Below, one piece after another: positions 39,266 through 48,730 of a stretch of DNA of 64,000 nucleotides; within the stretch, counting starts at the first letter, position 1, and every line of letters starts with the position of its first letter. The position numbers and the translations under genes were made by a program. Below the pieces are notes generated by a model that saw only the letters and a program-made list of their open reading frames with translations, searched no databases and had not been told where the DNA came from. The stretch comes from Candidatus Uhrbacteria bacterium. Its GTDB lineage: Bacteria > Patescibacteriota > Patescibacteriia > UBA9934 > GWF2-40-263. Location of the stretch: positions 145,887 to 209,886 of the forward strand of contig JAHFIQ010000001.1 in the NCBI GenBank assembly GCA_023246355.1, given 5' to 3'.

Positions 39266-40978
39266 TTAGATCGTTCGCACATCGTCACCAGAGGTGACGC
39301 TCACACCTTTGCCGTACTTCCACAGGGCGGTGTCGTTCACTTCGATGATACCTTGGTTCCAGTCGGAACCATAGATTTCATCAGCGACGGTTTCAGAGAC
39401 GATCCAGTGCAAGTCATAGTCTGATCCGACCACGTAGACGCGCTCTGAGCTCACGGTTTTAACCCGTGTGCCAGGAGCGAACTTGAGGTCCCCTTCGTAG
39501 TCAGACGTTTCCAGGTACACATCAATCGTGGCCTGGCTCACTTCGACCACTTGGTCCCATGAATCAAACCAGGTGAAGTACACTTCCTCACTTGGGATGA
39601 GCCACATTTGGTCACCGCTCACAAGATAAATGCCTTCCGAATCGTAGGCGGAAAACGCCTCGACTTCATCGCGCACCAAATCGAGCAAGGGTGAGAACGT
39701 GGCTTCGTAGATGTTGCCATCTTCTCCCTGCCAGTAGGCATGTTCACGGTCTGAGAGAACCGGCACACCGCCGAATCCAACGTTCAACAGACGGCCATTG
39801 GATGTATTCTCATACCAGACGTTCCCATCCTCATCGACACCCACAAGAATATCGTCAAAGGCGTCAGTCACATGAAACGAACGTGTGTCCCATTCAAGGG
39901 TTTCAAAGTTATAACCAACATAGTCGCCATCTTGATTTTGGAAGTAGATGGAATCCTCGGTGAGATTGAAGATGCCGCCCGAAGCAACACCGAGTTTGTG
40001 CACGCCATCGACGTCACTCACATACAAACCGTTTTCGTCATCGATGTAGGCCATGCGGTCGCCCACAATCTGGACAGCGTCTTCTACATCAATGAGCCAA
40101 GACAAGTACGCGCCGCCAGCGTCTGTTGGGGTTTCGTCAACACCTTGGGTGTAGCTCCACAAACGGAAGTTGCGGAAGAAGCGGATGGAACCATCAGAGA
40201 GGTAATGTGCGCCAACAATGTCCGCACCGGGTTCGGTCCAAGAATCAGGAACCGCTTCCATGGTGCGCGCGGTCTGGTCCACAATCCACAACTGTTCAAA
40301 GCCACCTTCAAATTGAAACTTCACAAGAGCGAGTCCGTCTTGGACGTCAACAATCTCTTGCCAAGGGGCTGTGAGGGTATAGGTGAAATCATCACGCTCA
40401 AAACCAGAACCGTAGTCATACACCGAGAGTGTGGATTCCACATCACCGGAGTCTTCATCGGTTTGCAGAGTGGATGTATAGATGCGGTCGCCATCGGTCG
40501 CAAACGTCATAAACGCGACGCCATTGTCAGATCGTGAAGCACCAGCAAGTGTCGCGATCGCTCCAGACTCGGTATCGTATTCGTACATCGTTCCCCACGA
40601 CTCGTCAGAATCGACCGGGATCATATAAATGAACCGACCATCTTGAGCTGTCTGCCAAAATGCGTCTGTCACAGAGTCGTCAACGGAAGCAACCTCAAGG
40701 GCTTCGCCATCTTTGAAGATGGTGAGGTCAACTTGTTCGCACAGGTCTGGATACTCGCAAGACTCAGCCGTCTTCACAACAAAGACTGCGTCGTTAAACG
40801 CGTAGGGACCAGATGTGTCTGCATCGAGCTTCAAACGCTCAACGCGGAAGTAATCGTAATCCCAGGCCGCGGTGGCGACCGGAGTGCTCCACGATCCAGA
40901 ATCCGCAAAAACGGTTGGAAGCAATGGAGAGAGGGCAATCGCAAGCGCGACGGCCAAAATAAGTGTTTTCTTCAACAT
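39266..40978 (-). CDS. Secreted acidic hypothetical protein with two C-terminal beta-rich repeats
   Basis: Signal peptide; IYLVSGDQMWLIPSEEVYFTWF / VYVVGSDYDLHWIVSETVADEIYG repeats. Confidence 0.8.
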   Translation of the reverse strand: MLKKTLILAVALAIALSPLLPTVFADSGSWSTPVATAAWDYDYFRVERLKLDADTSGPYAFNDAVFVVKTAESCEYPDLCEQVDLTIFKDGEALEVASVDDSVTDAFWQTAQDGRFIYMIPVDSDESWGTMYEYDTESGAIATLAGASRSDNGVAFMTFATDGDRIYTSTLQTDEDSGDVESTLSVYDYGSGFERDDFTYTLTAPWQEIVDVQDGLALVKFQFEGGFEQLWIVDQTARTMEAVPDSWTEPGADIVGAHYLSDGSIRFFRNFRLWSYTQGVDETPTDAGGAYLSWLIDVEDAVQIVGDRMAYIDDENGLYVSDVDGVHKLGVASGGIFNLTEDSIYFQNQDGDYVGYNFETLEWDTRSFHVTDAFDDILVGVDEDGNVWYENTSNGRLLNVGFGGVPVLSDREHAYWQGEDGNIYEATFSPLLDLVRDEVEAFSAYDSEGIYLVSGDQMWLIPSEEVYFTWFDSWDQVVEVSQATIDVYLETSDYEGDLKFAPGTRVKTVSSERVYVVGSDYDLHWIVSETVADEIYGSDWNQGIIEVNDTALWKYGKGVSVTSGDDVRTI

Positions 40979-41011
40979 AGTTTTTTGGTTAGTTTAAGGG
41001 CGCAATATAGC

Positions 41012-41051
41012 AAAAAACAGCCGTTTTGTCAATGGGACGGCTGCTTTTTTT
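41012..41051 (-). terminator. Intrinsic terminator after uvrA (bidirectional-looking)
   Basis: AAAAAACAGCCGT...ACGGCTGCTTTTTT. Confidence 0.7.
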
Positions 41052-41074
41052 AGCTTAACAAAGCGAAATGATAC

Positions 41075-43918
41075 TTATTTGAGCAAAGGCTTCAGATACT
41101 GCCCTGTCACGCTTCTCTTTACCTTCACGATATCCTTTGGCGTTCCAACCGCGACGACTTCCCCGCCTTTGATACCGCCATCAGGTCCCATATCGATGAC
41201 CCAGTCCGCGCCTTTCACCACGTCCAAGTTGTGCTCGATGATGACAACCGTGTTGCCTTTGTCCACGAGCTGATGCAGCACACCCAGCAATCGTTTGATG
41301 TCTTCAAAGTGCAGTCCGGTCGTCGGCTCATCCAAAATGTAGAGTGTGCGACCCGTGGCGCGACGTGAAAGCTCGGTCGACAATTTGACGCGCTGTGCTT
41401 CTCCACCGGAAAGCGTGGTCGCGCTCTGTCCCAATCGGATGTAGCCCAGGCCCACCTCGTGCAGCACATTCAACTTATCAAAGATGCTCGTTTGATCCGC
41501 AAAGAAGCGTCGTGCTTCCTCGACTGTCATGTTGAGCACGTCTGAAATGGTTTTTTGTTTGTAATGCACTTCCAACGCCTCATGATTGTAGCGCGTGCCC
41601 CGACACTCGGCACACTCCACATACACGTCAGGCAGAAACTGCATTTCGATTCGGCGCATGCCGTCCCCTCCACATGCCTCACAGCGTCCACCACCCTTCA
41701 CATTAAAACTAAACTTCCCTGCATCATATTTGCGCATCTTGGCTTCGGGCAGATCAGCAAACAAATCTCGAATCGCGGTGAACACGCCGGTGTAGGTCGC
41801 CGGGTTTGATCGTGGAGTACGACCAATGGGAGACTGGTCCACTGCCACAACCTTATCGATATGCTCAATGCCCTTGATCTCTTTGTGCTCCCCTGGGTAG
41901 AGCTTGGCGCGATAAAATTTTCGGCTGAGTGCCTTGCCAAGAATATCCAAGACAAGCGTTGACTTTCCCGATCCTGAAACCCCGGTCACACAGACAAGAC
42001 AACCAAGCGGAATTTCCACGTCCACATTTTTCAAGTTGAACGCGGTTGCCCCAACCACGGTTATTTTCTTCCCGCTGCCCTTCCGATATTTTTTTGGTGT
42101 GGGGATGGATTTCGCACCTGAGAGATATTGTCCTGTAAGCGAATCTTTGTCTTTTTGAATCTGTGCCGCTGTGCCTTCTGACACAATTTGTCCACCATAC
42201 TCGCCAGCTCCAGGTCCGACATCAAACACATAATCCGCGGCACGAATCATCGCCTCGTCGTGCTCGACCACGATTACGGAGTTCCCAAAGGCTTTCAACT
42301 GTCGAATCGTCTCGATCAAACAGTCGTTATCTCGTGGATGCAAACCAATCGATGGCTCATCCAAAATATAAATGACGCCCGAGAGTTGGCTGCCAAGTTG
42401 CGTGGCCAAACGGACACGCTGAGACTCACCACCTGAGAGGGTCATGGCTGAACGATCTAGCGTGAGATAGCCAAGTCCCACTTGGGTGAGTTGATTCAAA
42501 CGAATCTGCACTTCTTTTGCCACGCGCTGTGTGACCAGAAGTTCGTCTGAAGTGAGCCCTTGGTTCCCCTTGGCCACCTTGTCCACCTTGACCACCTCTT
42601 TAAAAAACGCCTTCACATCCTCGACCGGCAAATTCACCACGTCGGCAATCGACTTGCCATCGATGGTGATGGCAAGCACCGCCTTATTCAAACGTGCGCC
42701 ATGACAGGACGGACAAATCATCCGACGCATGTAGCCTTCCAGCTCTGCTCGTACATACTCAGAATCTGTCTCCCGATATTTTTGCTCCAGCTGCATGAGG
42801 ATACCTGGAAACGTCACCGTCTCCCCTTTGAAGGCGTATGTATCCTCCCCTGTGCCATTCAACACCAGATCCATTTTGGCTTTTGGAATTTTCGCCACCG
42901 GCATGTCCATGGGAATGCGGTGCTTCTTACCAACGATCTGAAGCAAGTCCAGGTAACTCGTCTGGTTCCCTGCGATTTTAGTCCACGGACGCACCGCGCC
43001 TTCTTCAAACGTCAGCCGACGGTTGGGAATCACAAGCTCTGCTTCCAAGACCAACTTCTCACCAAGTCCTGTGCATTCCTCACAGGCGCCATGGGGAGAG
43101 TTAAAGGAAAACAATCTTGGCTCAGGCTTGGGAAGATTGATCCCGCAATGGGGACACATGTAGCTTTTGGAAAGAGGAAACTCGTCCCCTGTGTCGTCGT
43201 TTACAAGGGTGATGAACCCATTGCCATAATCGAGCGCCTTGTTCACCTGAGCGGTCACCTGCTCGGCGGAATAGGTCATCCCAGGTTCAAACGCAAACAC
43301 CAGCACATCGATATCGTGATCTTTCTTTTTGTCTTTGCGCATGGCAAGCGCTTCGCTGGTATCGATCACGAGCCCATCAAACCGGACTTGCGTGAATCCG
43401 GCGTTGAGTGCGCCTTGCAGGACATGTTTGTGTTCGCCTTTCAACTGATGCACGACCGGAGCAAACAAAAGCACGCGCTCCTTCCCAATCATGGTCGTGA
43501 CGCGTGTCACAATTTCCGTGAGGGATTGTTCGCCGACAGGCTTTCCACAGGTGGGACAATGCGGCCGACCAGCACGAGCAAACAACACGCGCAAAAAATC
43601 ATAAATCTCCGTCACGGTTCCCACGGTTGAGCGAGGATTATGCGACGAAGATTTTTGGTCAATGGCAATGGTCGGCGAGAGGCCGGTGATTTCATCGACG
43701 TCTGGTTTGTCTTGAAGCTCTAAAAATTGGCGAGCATAGGAGGAGAGCGACTCCATGTAGCGACGCTGCCCTTCTGCGTAAATCGTGTCAAACGCGAGAG
43801 ATGATTTTCCTGATCCGGAAAGTCCGGTCACGACCACAAGCTTGTTCTTGGGGATATCCACGTTCACGTTTTTCAAATTGTGTACTCGCGCTCCACGGAT
43901 GGAAATAACGTCGGCCAT
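41075..43918 (-). CDS. uvrA: Excinuclease ABC subunit A
   Basis: [32 protein letters not shown], two LSGGE signatures, Zn fingers. Confidence 0.97.
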   Translation of the reverse strand: MADVISIRGARVHNLKNVNVDIPKNKLVVVTGLSGSGKSSLAFDTIYAEGQRRYMESLSSYARQFLELQDKPDVDEITGLSPTIAIDQKSSSHNPRSTVGTVTEIYDFLRVLFARAGRPHCPTCGKPVGEQSLTEIVTRVTTMIGKERVLLFAPVVHQLKGEHKHVLQGALNAGFTQVRFDGLVIDTSEALAMRKDKKKDHDIDVLVFAFEPGMTYSAEQVTAQVNKALDYGNGFITLVNDDTGDEFPLSKSYMCPHCGINLPKPEPRLFSFNSPHGACEECTGLGEKLVLEAELVIPNRRLTFEEGAVRPWTKIAGNQTSYLDLLQIVGKKHRIPMDMPVAKIPKAKMDLVLNGTGEDTYAFKGETVTFPGILMQLEQKYRETDSEYVRAELEGYMRRMICPSCHGARLNKAVLAITIDGKSIADVVNLPVEDVKAFFKEVVKVDKVAKGNQGLTSDELLVTQRVAKEVQIRLNQLTQVGLGYLTLDRSAMTLSGGESQRVRLATQLGSQLSGVIYILDEPSIGLHPRDNDCLIETIRQLKAFGNSVIVVEHDEAMIRAADYVFDVGPGAGEYGGQIVSEGTAAQIQKDKDSLTGQYLSGAKSIPTPKKYRKGSGKKITVVGATAFNLKNVDVEIPLGCLVCVTGVSGSGKSTLVLDILGKALSRKFYRAKLYPGEHKEIKGIEHIDKVVAVDQSPIGRTPRSNPATYTGVFTAIRDLFADLPEAKMRKYDAGKFSFNVKGGGRCEACGGDGMRRIEMQFLPDVYVECAECRGTRYNHEALEVHYKQKTISDVLNMTVEEARRFFADQTSIFDKLNVLHEVGLGYIRLGQSATTLSGGEAQRVKLSTELSRRATGRTLYILDEPTTGLHFEDIKRLLGVLHQLVDKGNTVVIIEHNLDVVKGADWVIDMGPDGGIKGGEVVAVGTPKDIVKVKRSVTGQYLKPLLK

Positions 43919-44010
43919 AATCGAACACATTCAAAAAATAAACACGCTGGCAAGGCTACCACAAACAAAAACACAGGGCAAGAGACAAGCCCTGTGGTGT
44001 ATTGAAATCA

Positions 44011-45507
44011 CTAATCGAATAGATCAACCCACCAAGCATTTGAGTCAAACGAAGTGCAGCTATAGGTAACCGCTGAAGTGGCTGCAACAATCGTAGAAAT
44101 ACTTACTGCCGCTAAACCAAGCTGGACCGACTGGATGTCGCAAGCCTGACCTTTATCTGTTGTTCGACTATAACTACAGATATCATTAAGTGCGCTGTAG
44201 CCACAGAATGAACCGAGTGTCAGATCACCGAGCTGATCCATAAGCACCTGAGCCGCACCATTGTCTGACCCGATCAAACCTGAATTCTTCCCAAGATCGA
44301 CTTCACTTAAAGTCGTCTGTCCGCTTCCAGTGCGAACTGGGATAGAACTATAGGCATCACAACTTGTGATGTTGTTACAATCGACGGTCACAAGCGCACA
44401 CGCCGCTCGTCCTGTCGGCTCCCCGCCTGCATCTGGGTCACGTGTAAAAAAACATTGCTGAAATTTGTCTGTTGTCTCCACATGTGGCTGAACAACTTGA
44501 CCATTAGAAAGTGTATAATTAAAGGAAATATTCTTTGTTGTCTTTGCGTAGGACGGCAAACTATTAAACGCCGAGCAGATGCTCTGAGTTACCATCAGGA
44601 CGCTATTGGAACCAGTGAGCTCTTGGCATTCCATACAAGTCGGTGTTTCACCAGGAACACACATCTGCGTGTCCTTCCCACACTTGGAAAAATTACACAC
44701 GGTTCCGTCGGCGACCGCTGCACCATTTTCATCTTTTTGCACGGTCCCGACCGTTCCGCACTCGTGTGCTTTTCCACCATCGTCCACCGTGTAACCTTCG
44801 GTGATCAATTCATCACACGAGGCGTTATCCACTAAGCTGACGGTTTTGATCATGGGAAATTGCGGAACCTGAAGCTTCACCAGATTTGGGTTCACGGTTG
44901 CGAGAATCAGATATGTGGAAAGTAAGAGGACAAGACCCGCGACGCCGTTCATCATGCGTTTTTTCGCTTTGCCGATTTGCTCAGAGCTTACAGCTGCAAA
45001 AGACCATTGAAGGCCTCCAACCATGATGAGAACGATCGCAATCAGCGTTGAGGCTCCAATGAGCCACGAATACACAGCCCCAACGTACTCACCCAGATCA
45101 ACCGGGGACGTGAGCGAACCGATCGAAACTTGGAGAGTGGCTTTTGTGGCATTGCTTCCACTGGGATAACAGTAGTGAAATCCATTCGAACATTCAGGTG
45201 GCTGAAAATCGTCAAACGTCCCTGATACGTCCGCACATTGCTCTGCGGAAAAACAGTTGAGCGTTCTGGAAGGATATTGATTTGCTGAACACGCAAACGC
45301 TGCCACCTGAGCGCCTTTTTTCTGGCAGGTCGACGCACAGGTTGCGGAAGTCATCTTGGTTTGCTGATCGACTGCGCCGTTGGTACTCGTACAAAAACAA
45401 TCGCACGTTGGATCTGCGGCTCGCGTGGCCACGGGCACAGCAAACAAAAAACTCATGGAGACGACCAGGGACATCACAGACAAAATCCATGAACGAATCA
45501 GCGTCAT
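44011..45507 (-). CDS. Cys-rich protein with central TrbC/VirB2-like pilin segment
   Basis: [12 protein letters not shown]...IMVGGLQW...[30 protein letters not shown] flanked by many Cys. Confidence 0.75.
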   Translation of the reverse strand: MTLIRSWILSVMSLVVSMSFLFAVPVATRAADPTCDCFCTSTNGAVDQQTKMTSATCASTCQKKGAQVAAFACSANQYPSRTLNCFSAEQCADVSGTFDDFQPPECSNGFHYCYPSGSNATKATLQVSIGSLTSPVDLGEYVGAVYSWLIGASTLIAIVLIMVGGLQWSFAAVSSEQIGKAKKRMMNGVAGLVLLLSTYLILATVNPNLVKLQVPQFPMIKTVSLVDNASCDELITEGYTVDDGGKAHECGTVGTVQKDENGAAVADGTVCNFSKCGKDTQMCVPGETPTCMECQELTGSNSVLMVTQSICSAFNSLPSYAKTTKNISFNYTLSNGQVVQPHVETTDKFQQCFFTRDPDAGGEPTGRAACALVTVDCNNITSCDAYSSIPVRTGSGQTTLSEVDLGKNSGLIGSDNGAAQVLMDQLGDLTLGSFCGYSALNDICSYSRTTDKGQACDIQSVQLGLAAVSISTIVAATSAVTYSCTSFDSNAWWVDLFD

Positions 45508-45508
45508 A

Positions 45509-46249
45509 TTATTGAGAGCCGATCACCGATTTCACAATCGCTTCCATCACCTCAGCAGGAATCGATCCAGCGATCAGATTTCCATTGATAAAAAATGTGG
45601 GTGTTCCACGCACCCCAGCGGCAACGCCGGCTTCCAAATCTTCCTGCACTTCATCCACATATCGCTCTTTGGACAAGCAACTCTGAAATTGATCCACGTT
45701 CAAGTTCAGCTCGCGAGCAAAGGTCACAAACGAGTCTGCCGTAAGACTGGATTGTTTTTGATACAGCTTGTCGTGGTATTCCCAAAATTTGTCTTGCTCA
45801 GCAGCACATTCCCCAGAGAGCGCAGCCATCTGGGCAAGCGGGTGGATGTCGGTGAGCGGTAGGTCTCGATACACGTAGTAAATCTCGTTTGGATACTTCG
45901 CTGCTAACTCACGCATCACAAACGAGGCTTCCTGCGAGTACGGACATTGAAAATCGGCAAACTCGACGATGGTCAGCAGCGCGTCAGAATTTCCAAGATG
46001 GGGATCGTCTGTGGTGACCAGATCAAACTCACCGTTGGTTACGACAACATTCGAGAGACCAAGATCAGAGGTGAAGCTACTGTCAAAGTTGTAGGTGGAG
46101 AGATCAATCTCCCCGTTCTTGATTCGGCTGGCGTAATAGAACACACGAGAGGCAAACGCGATCAGGAGCCCTAAGACAACCACCGTCGCGACCGTTGCGA
46201 TCCAACTGCGTTTTCTGTTCACCTGCTCATCTGATTCTGTGGCCTCCAT
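45509..46249 (-). CDS. DsbA/thioredoxin-fold protein (CxxS active site)
   Basis: IVEFADFQCPYS, GVRGTPTFFING; N-terminal TM. Confidence 0.9.
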   Translation of the reverse strand: MEATESDEQVNRKRSWIATVATVVVLGLLIAFASRVFYYASRIKNGEIDLSTYNFDSSFTSDLGLSNVVVTNGEFDLVTTDDPHLGNSDALLTIVEFADFQCPYSQEASFVMRELAAKYPNEIYYVYRDLPLTDIHPLAQMAALSGECAAEQDKFWEYHDKLYQKQSSLTADSFVTFARELNLNVDQFQSCLSKERYVDEVQEDLEAGVAAGVRGTPTFFINGNLIAGSIPAEVMEAIVKSVIGSQ

Positions 46250-46285
46250 ACGAGGAACAGTATATCATGGGAGTATTGGTCCTGT

Positions 46286-46429
46286 ATGACCCTCGAACAC
46301 ACACAGCAACAAGAGGAATCACGCGTGACTCGACGTGAAAAAAAACGGACTCCCAAGATGCGCGTGTCCGGTCGTGGCATGAAACGCTTTGGATCTCCAA
46401 AACGAGTACAAGGAAAGCCTGGCCATTGA
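46286..46429 (+). CDS. Small basic hypothetical protein (47 aa)
   Basis: Manual translation MTLEHTQQQEESRVTRREKKRTPKMRVSGRGMKRFGSPKRVQGKPGH; fills the dsbA-secG gap. Confidence 0.45.
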   Translation: MTLEHTQQQEESRVTRREKKRTPKMRVSGRGMKRFGSPKRVQGKPGH

Positions 46430-46454
46430 CCTTTGTTCGTGAATTTGATAGTCT
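46426..46454 (+). promoter_or_regulatory. Sigma70-type promoter of secG
   Basis: TTGACC-17 nt-TAGTCT, 9 nt before ATG. Confidence 0.65.
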
Positions 46455-46463
46455 CATCGCATT

Positions 46464-46685
46464 ATGAATGTCGACCTCATCCTCAACATCGCTCAAATCG
46501 TACTCGCGGTCCTGCTCGTTGCGGCTATTCTTTTACAAGCCCGTGGCACGGGACTAGGCGCTGCCTTTGGTGGAGGCGGAAATGTCTACCGCACCAAGCG
46601 CGGCGCAGAGAAAAAACTATTTCAACTCACCATTGTCCTGTCCATTTTGTTTTTCGGCGTGGCCCTTGCTAACGCGCTCATCTAG
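46464..46685 (+). CDS. secG: Preprotein translocase subunit SecG
   Basis: ILLQARGTGLGAAFGG...RGAEK.L; two TMs. Confidence 0.93.
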   Translation: MNVDLILNIAQIVLAVLLVAAILLQARGTGLGAAFGGGGNVYRTKRGAEKKLFQLTIVLSILFFGVALANALI

Positions 46686-46690
46686 TTTCC

Positions 46691-48511
46691 ATGCGTTCAT
46701 TGTTCTCACAGCGCTCTTCACAGAATCCAGCCGACCAAAAAAAGAACCTGACCATGCGCCAGGTCCTTTCTGTTACCAAAACCCGTGCGTTCCCAAGTTG
46801 GGCGCAATGGAAACAGCTCCCTCGCGTTCTCACGATGGGTGAAAAACGTGTGATGATGAGTGCCCTCTCGGTGATGGTGTTTGCCCTGGTCGCGCTTGTT
46901 GGGACCTATGTCTTTTCTCACAGAGTTGAAATTCCCGCCGTGGGTGGTGACTATACGGAAGGACTCGTTGGCGAACCACGATTTGTGAATCCCCTGTACG
47001 CCTCAGCCAGCGATGTGGATCAAGACCTGACGAGCCTCATCTACTCAGGCCTTCTCAAATACGATCCAGAACAGGGCTACGTTCCGGACCTGGCTGAATC
47101 TCTCACCATCAGTGAGGACGGCCTAACTTACACGCTCAACATCAAAGACCAAGCGAAATTTCACAATGGCGAGGATGTGCGCGCACGGGATGTGCTTTTC
47201 ACAATCGACGCCATCCAAAACCCGGCCTATCGCAGTCCACTCATCGACAACTTCTATAACGTCACCGTTGTTCAAGTAGATGAAAACACGGTTTCATTTG
47301 TCTTGAAAGAACCCTTTGCGCTGTTCAAACAATACCTGACCGTTGGCATTCTTCCTGCCAGCCTCTGGGCAGAAATCCTCCCGCAGAATGCGCCCTTGGC
47401 CGCCCTCAATCTTCAACCGGTTGGTTCAGGTCCGTATCAGTTTGCGGAATTTGCCAAAGACCAACGCGGAAGCATTCGCAGTTACACCCTGACCCGAAAC
47501 AAGGACTACTACGATGAACCCGCATTCATTGAAACGCTCTCGTTCAAATTTTACGCAGACGCAACATCCCTTGGGGAAGCTCTTGAAAATAAAAACGTCG
47601 AAGGGGCATCGGTGATTCCTTCTGATGCACTTGAGGGGGTGGCAGAGAACAGCAATGTCCAACTCTTGCAACCTCTACTTCCACAAGAGACGATTCTCTA
47701 TATGAACCAGTCTGTCCAACCGGTCTTGAAGGATTTGGTTGTACGAACGGCCATTGCGCAAGCCATTCAGAAGCAATCGATTGTGGAAACCCTGGGACAG
47801 GCCAACGCAGAGGTCATCGAAGGACCCATCCTTGAAGGCATGATTGGGTATGACGCAAACCGGCAGAGCGTGTACAATGTCACTCAAGCAAATGAATCGC
47901 TGGAGGAAGCCGGGTATCACCTTGATGCGGGTTCTGGTCTGCGCGGTCTTAAGGAGGAAAAAACCGAGGAATCGGACGAGTCACAAGCGACTCCAAGCAA
48001 CCTCCAACTCACCCTCACGGCCGTTGACTCAACACAGATGCACGAAGTAGCTGATCGTATTCAACAGGACTTGAGTGCGATCGGCATCACGGTCACCTTG
48101 AACTTCATCCCCTCTGACGTCATCTACGCGCAAGTCATCGAACCAAGAAATTTTGAGTTGCTTCTTTCTACGATCTTGCTCAACGGTGATGCCGACCCCT
48201 ACCCCCTCTGGCATTCTTCTCAAGCAAAAAGCGGTGGACTCAACGTGAGCGGCTACGCCAATGCGGACGTGGATACACTCTTAACCGACGGACGAAAAGA
48301 GCTCGATGAAAGCGTCCGTGCGACCAAGTACCAACAATTTGAACAGCTCCTTGCCAAAGACGTGCCTGCTGTGTTTTTATACCAGTCGCGTTTTGCCTAC
48401 GCGGTCGCTGAAAAAATCCATCTTGAGGCTCTCTCACGCATCGTGAGTCCTTCGGATCGGTTTGCGAACGTGACCCGTTGGTACATCAAAACGAAGAAGG
48501 CCTTGCGATAA
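46691..48511 (+). CDS. Peptide ABC transporter substrate-binding protein (family 5)
   Basis: LIYSGLL, PDLAES, FHNGE...DVLFT, PVGSGPY. Confidence 0.9.
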   Translation: MRSLFSQRSSQNPADQKKNLTMRQVLSVTKTRAFPSWAQWKQLPRVLTMGEKRVMMSALSVMVFALVALVGTYVFSHRVEIPAVGGDYTEGLVGEPRFVNPLYASASDVDQDLTSLIYSGLLKYDPEQGYVPDLAESLTISEDGLTYTLNIKDQAKFHNGEDVRARDVLFTIDAIQNPAYRSPLIDNFYNVTVVQVDENTVSFVLKEPFALFKQYLTVGILPASLWAEILPQNAPLAALNLQPVGSGPYQFAEFAKDQRGSIRSYTLTRNKDYYDEPAFIETLSFKFYADATSLGEALENKNVEGASVIPSDALEGVAENSNVQLLQPLLPQETILYMNQSVQPVLKDLVVRTAIAQAIQKQSIVETLGQANAEVIEGPILEGMIGYDANRQSVYNVTQANESLEEAGYHLDAGSGLRGLKEEKTEESDESQATPSNLQLTLTAVDSTQMHEVADRIQQDLSAIGITVTLNFIPSDVIYAQVIEPRNFELLLSTILLNGDADPYPLWHSSQAKSGGLNVSGYANADVDTLLTDGRKELDESVRATKYQQFEQLLAKDVPAVFLYQSRFAYAVAEKIHLEALSRIVSPSDRFANVTRWYIKTKKALR

Positions 48512-48596
48512 GCGGACGTGGCGGAATTGGTATACGCGTACGTCTCAGAAGCGTATGGAGTAATCCTTGAGGGTTCGAGTCCCTCCGTCCGCACCA
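48512..48596 (+). tRNA. tRNA-Leu (CAG)
   Basis: GCGGACG/CGTCCGC stem, TACGT-CTCAGAA-GCGTA arm, long variable arm, encoded CCA. Confidence 0.95.
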
Positions 48597-48696
48597 ACGC
48601 GATTTTTCTCTCCTGCTGTACCTCATGGCAGGAAAACAAAGATCACGTTCTCGAGCTCTTTGTTCTTTCACAATTGAACTTCTCTTATTCAACGAA

Positions 48697-48719
48697 CCCA
48701 GGCTAAAGCCTGGGGCTAC
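48697..48719 (-). repeat. GTAG-type REP-like palindrome
   Basis: Minus strand GTAG-C-CCCAGGC-TTTA-GCCTGGG. Confidence 0.5.
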
Positions 48720-48730
48720 CTTATTTTTTT

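Noticed and set aside
42560-43630. 356-aa plus-strand ORF
   Set aside because: Antisense shadow of uvrA.
34977-48596. Prophage or island integrated at a tRNA
   Set aside because: No integrase, phage structural genes or duplicated tRNA 3' ends were seen.
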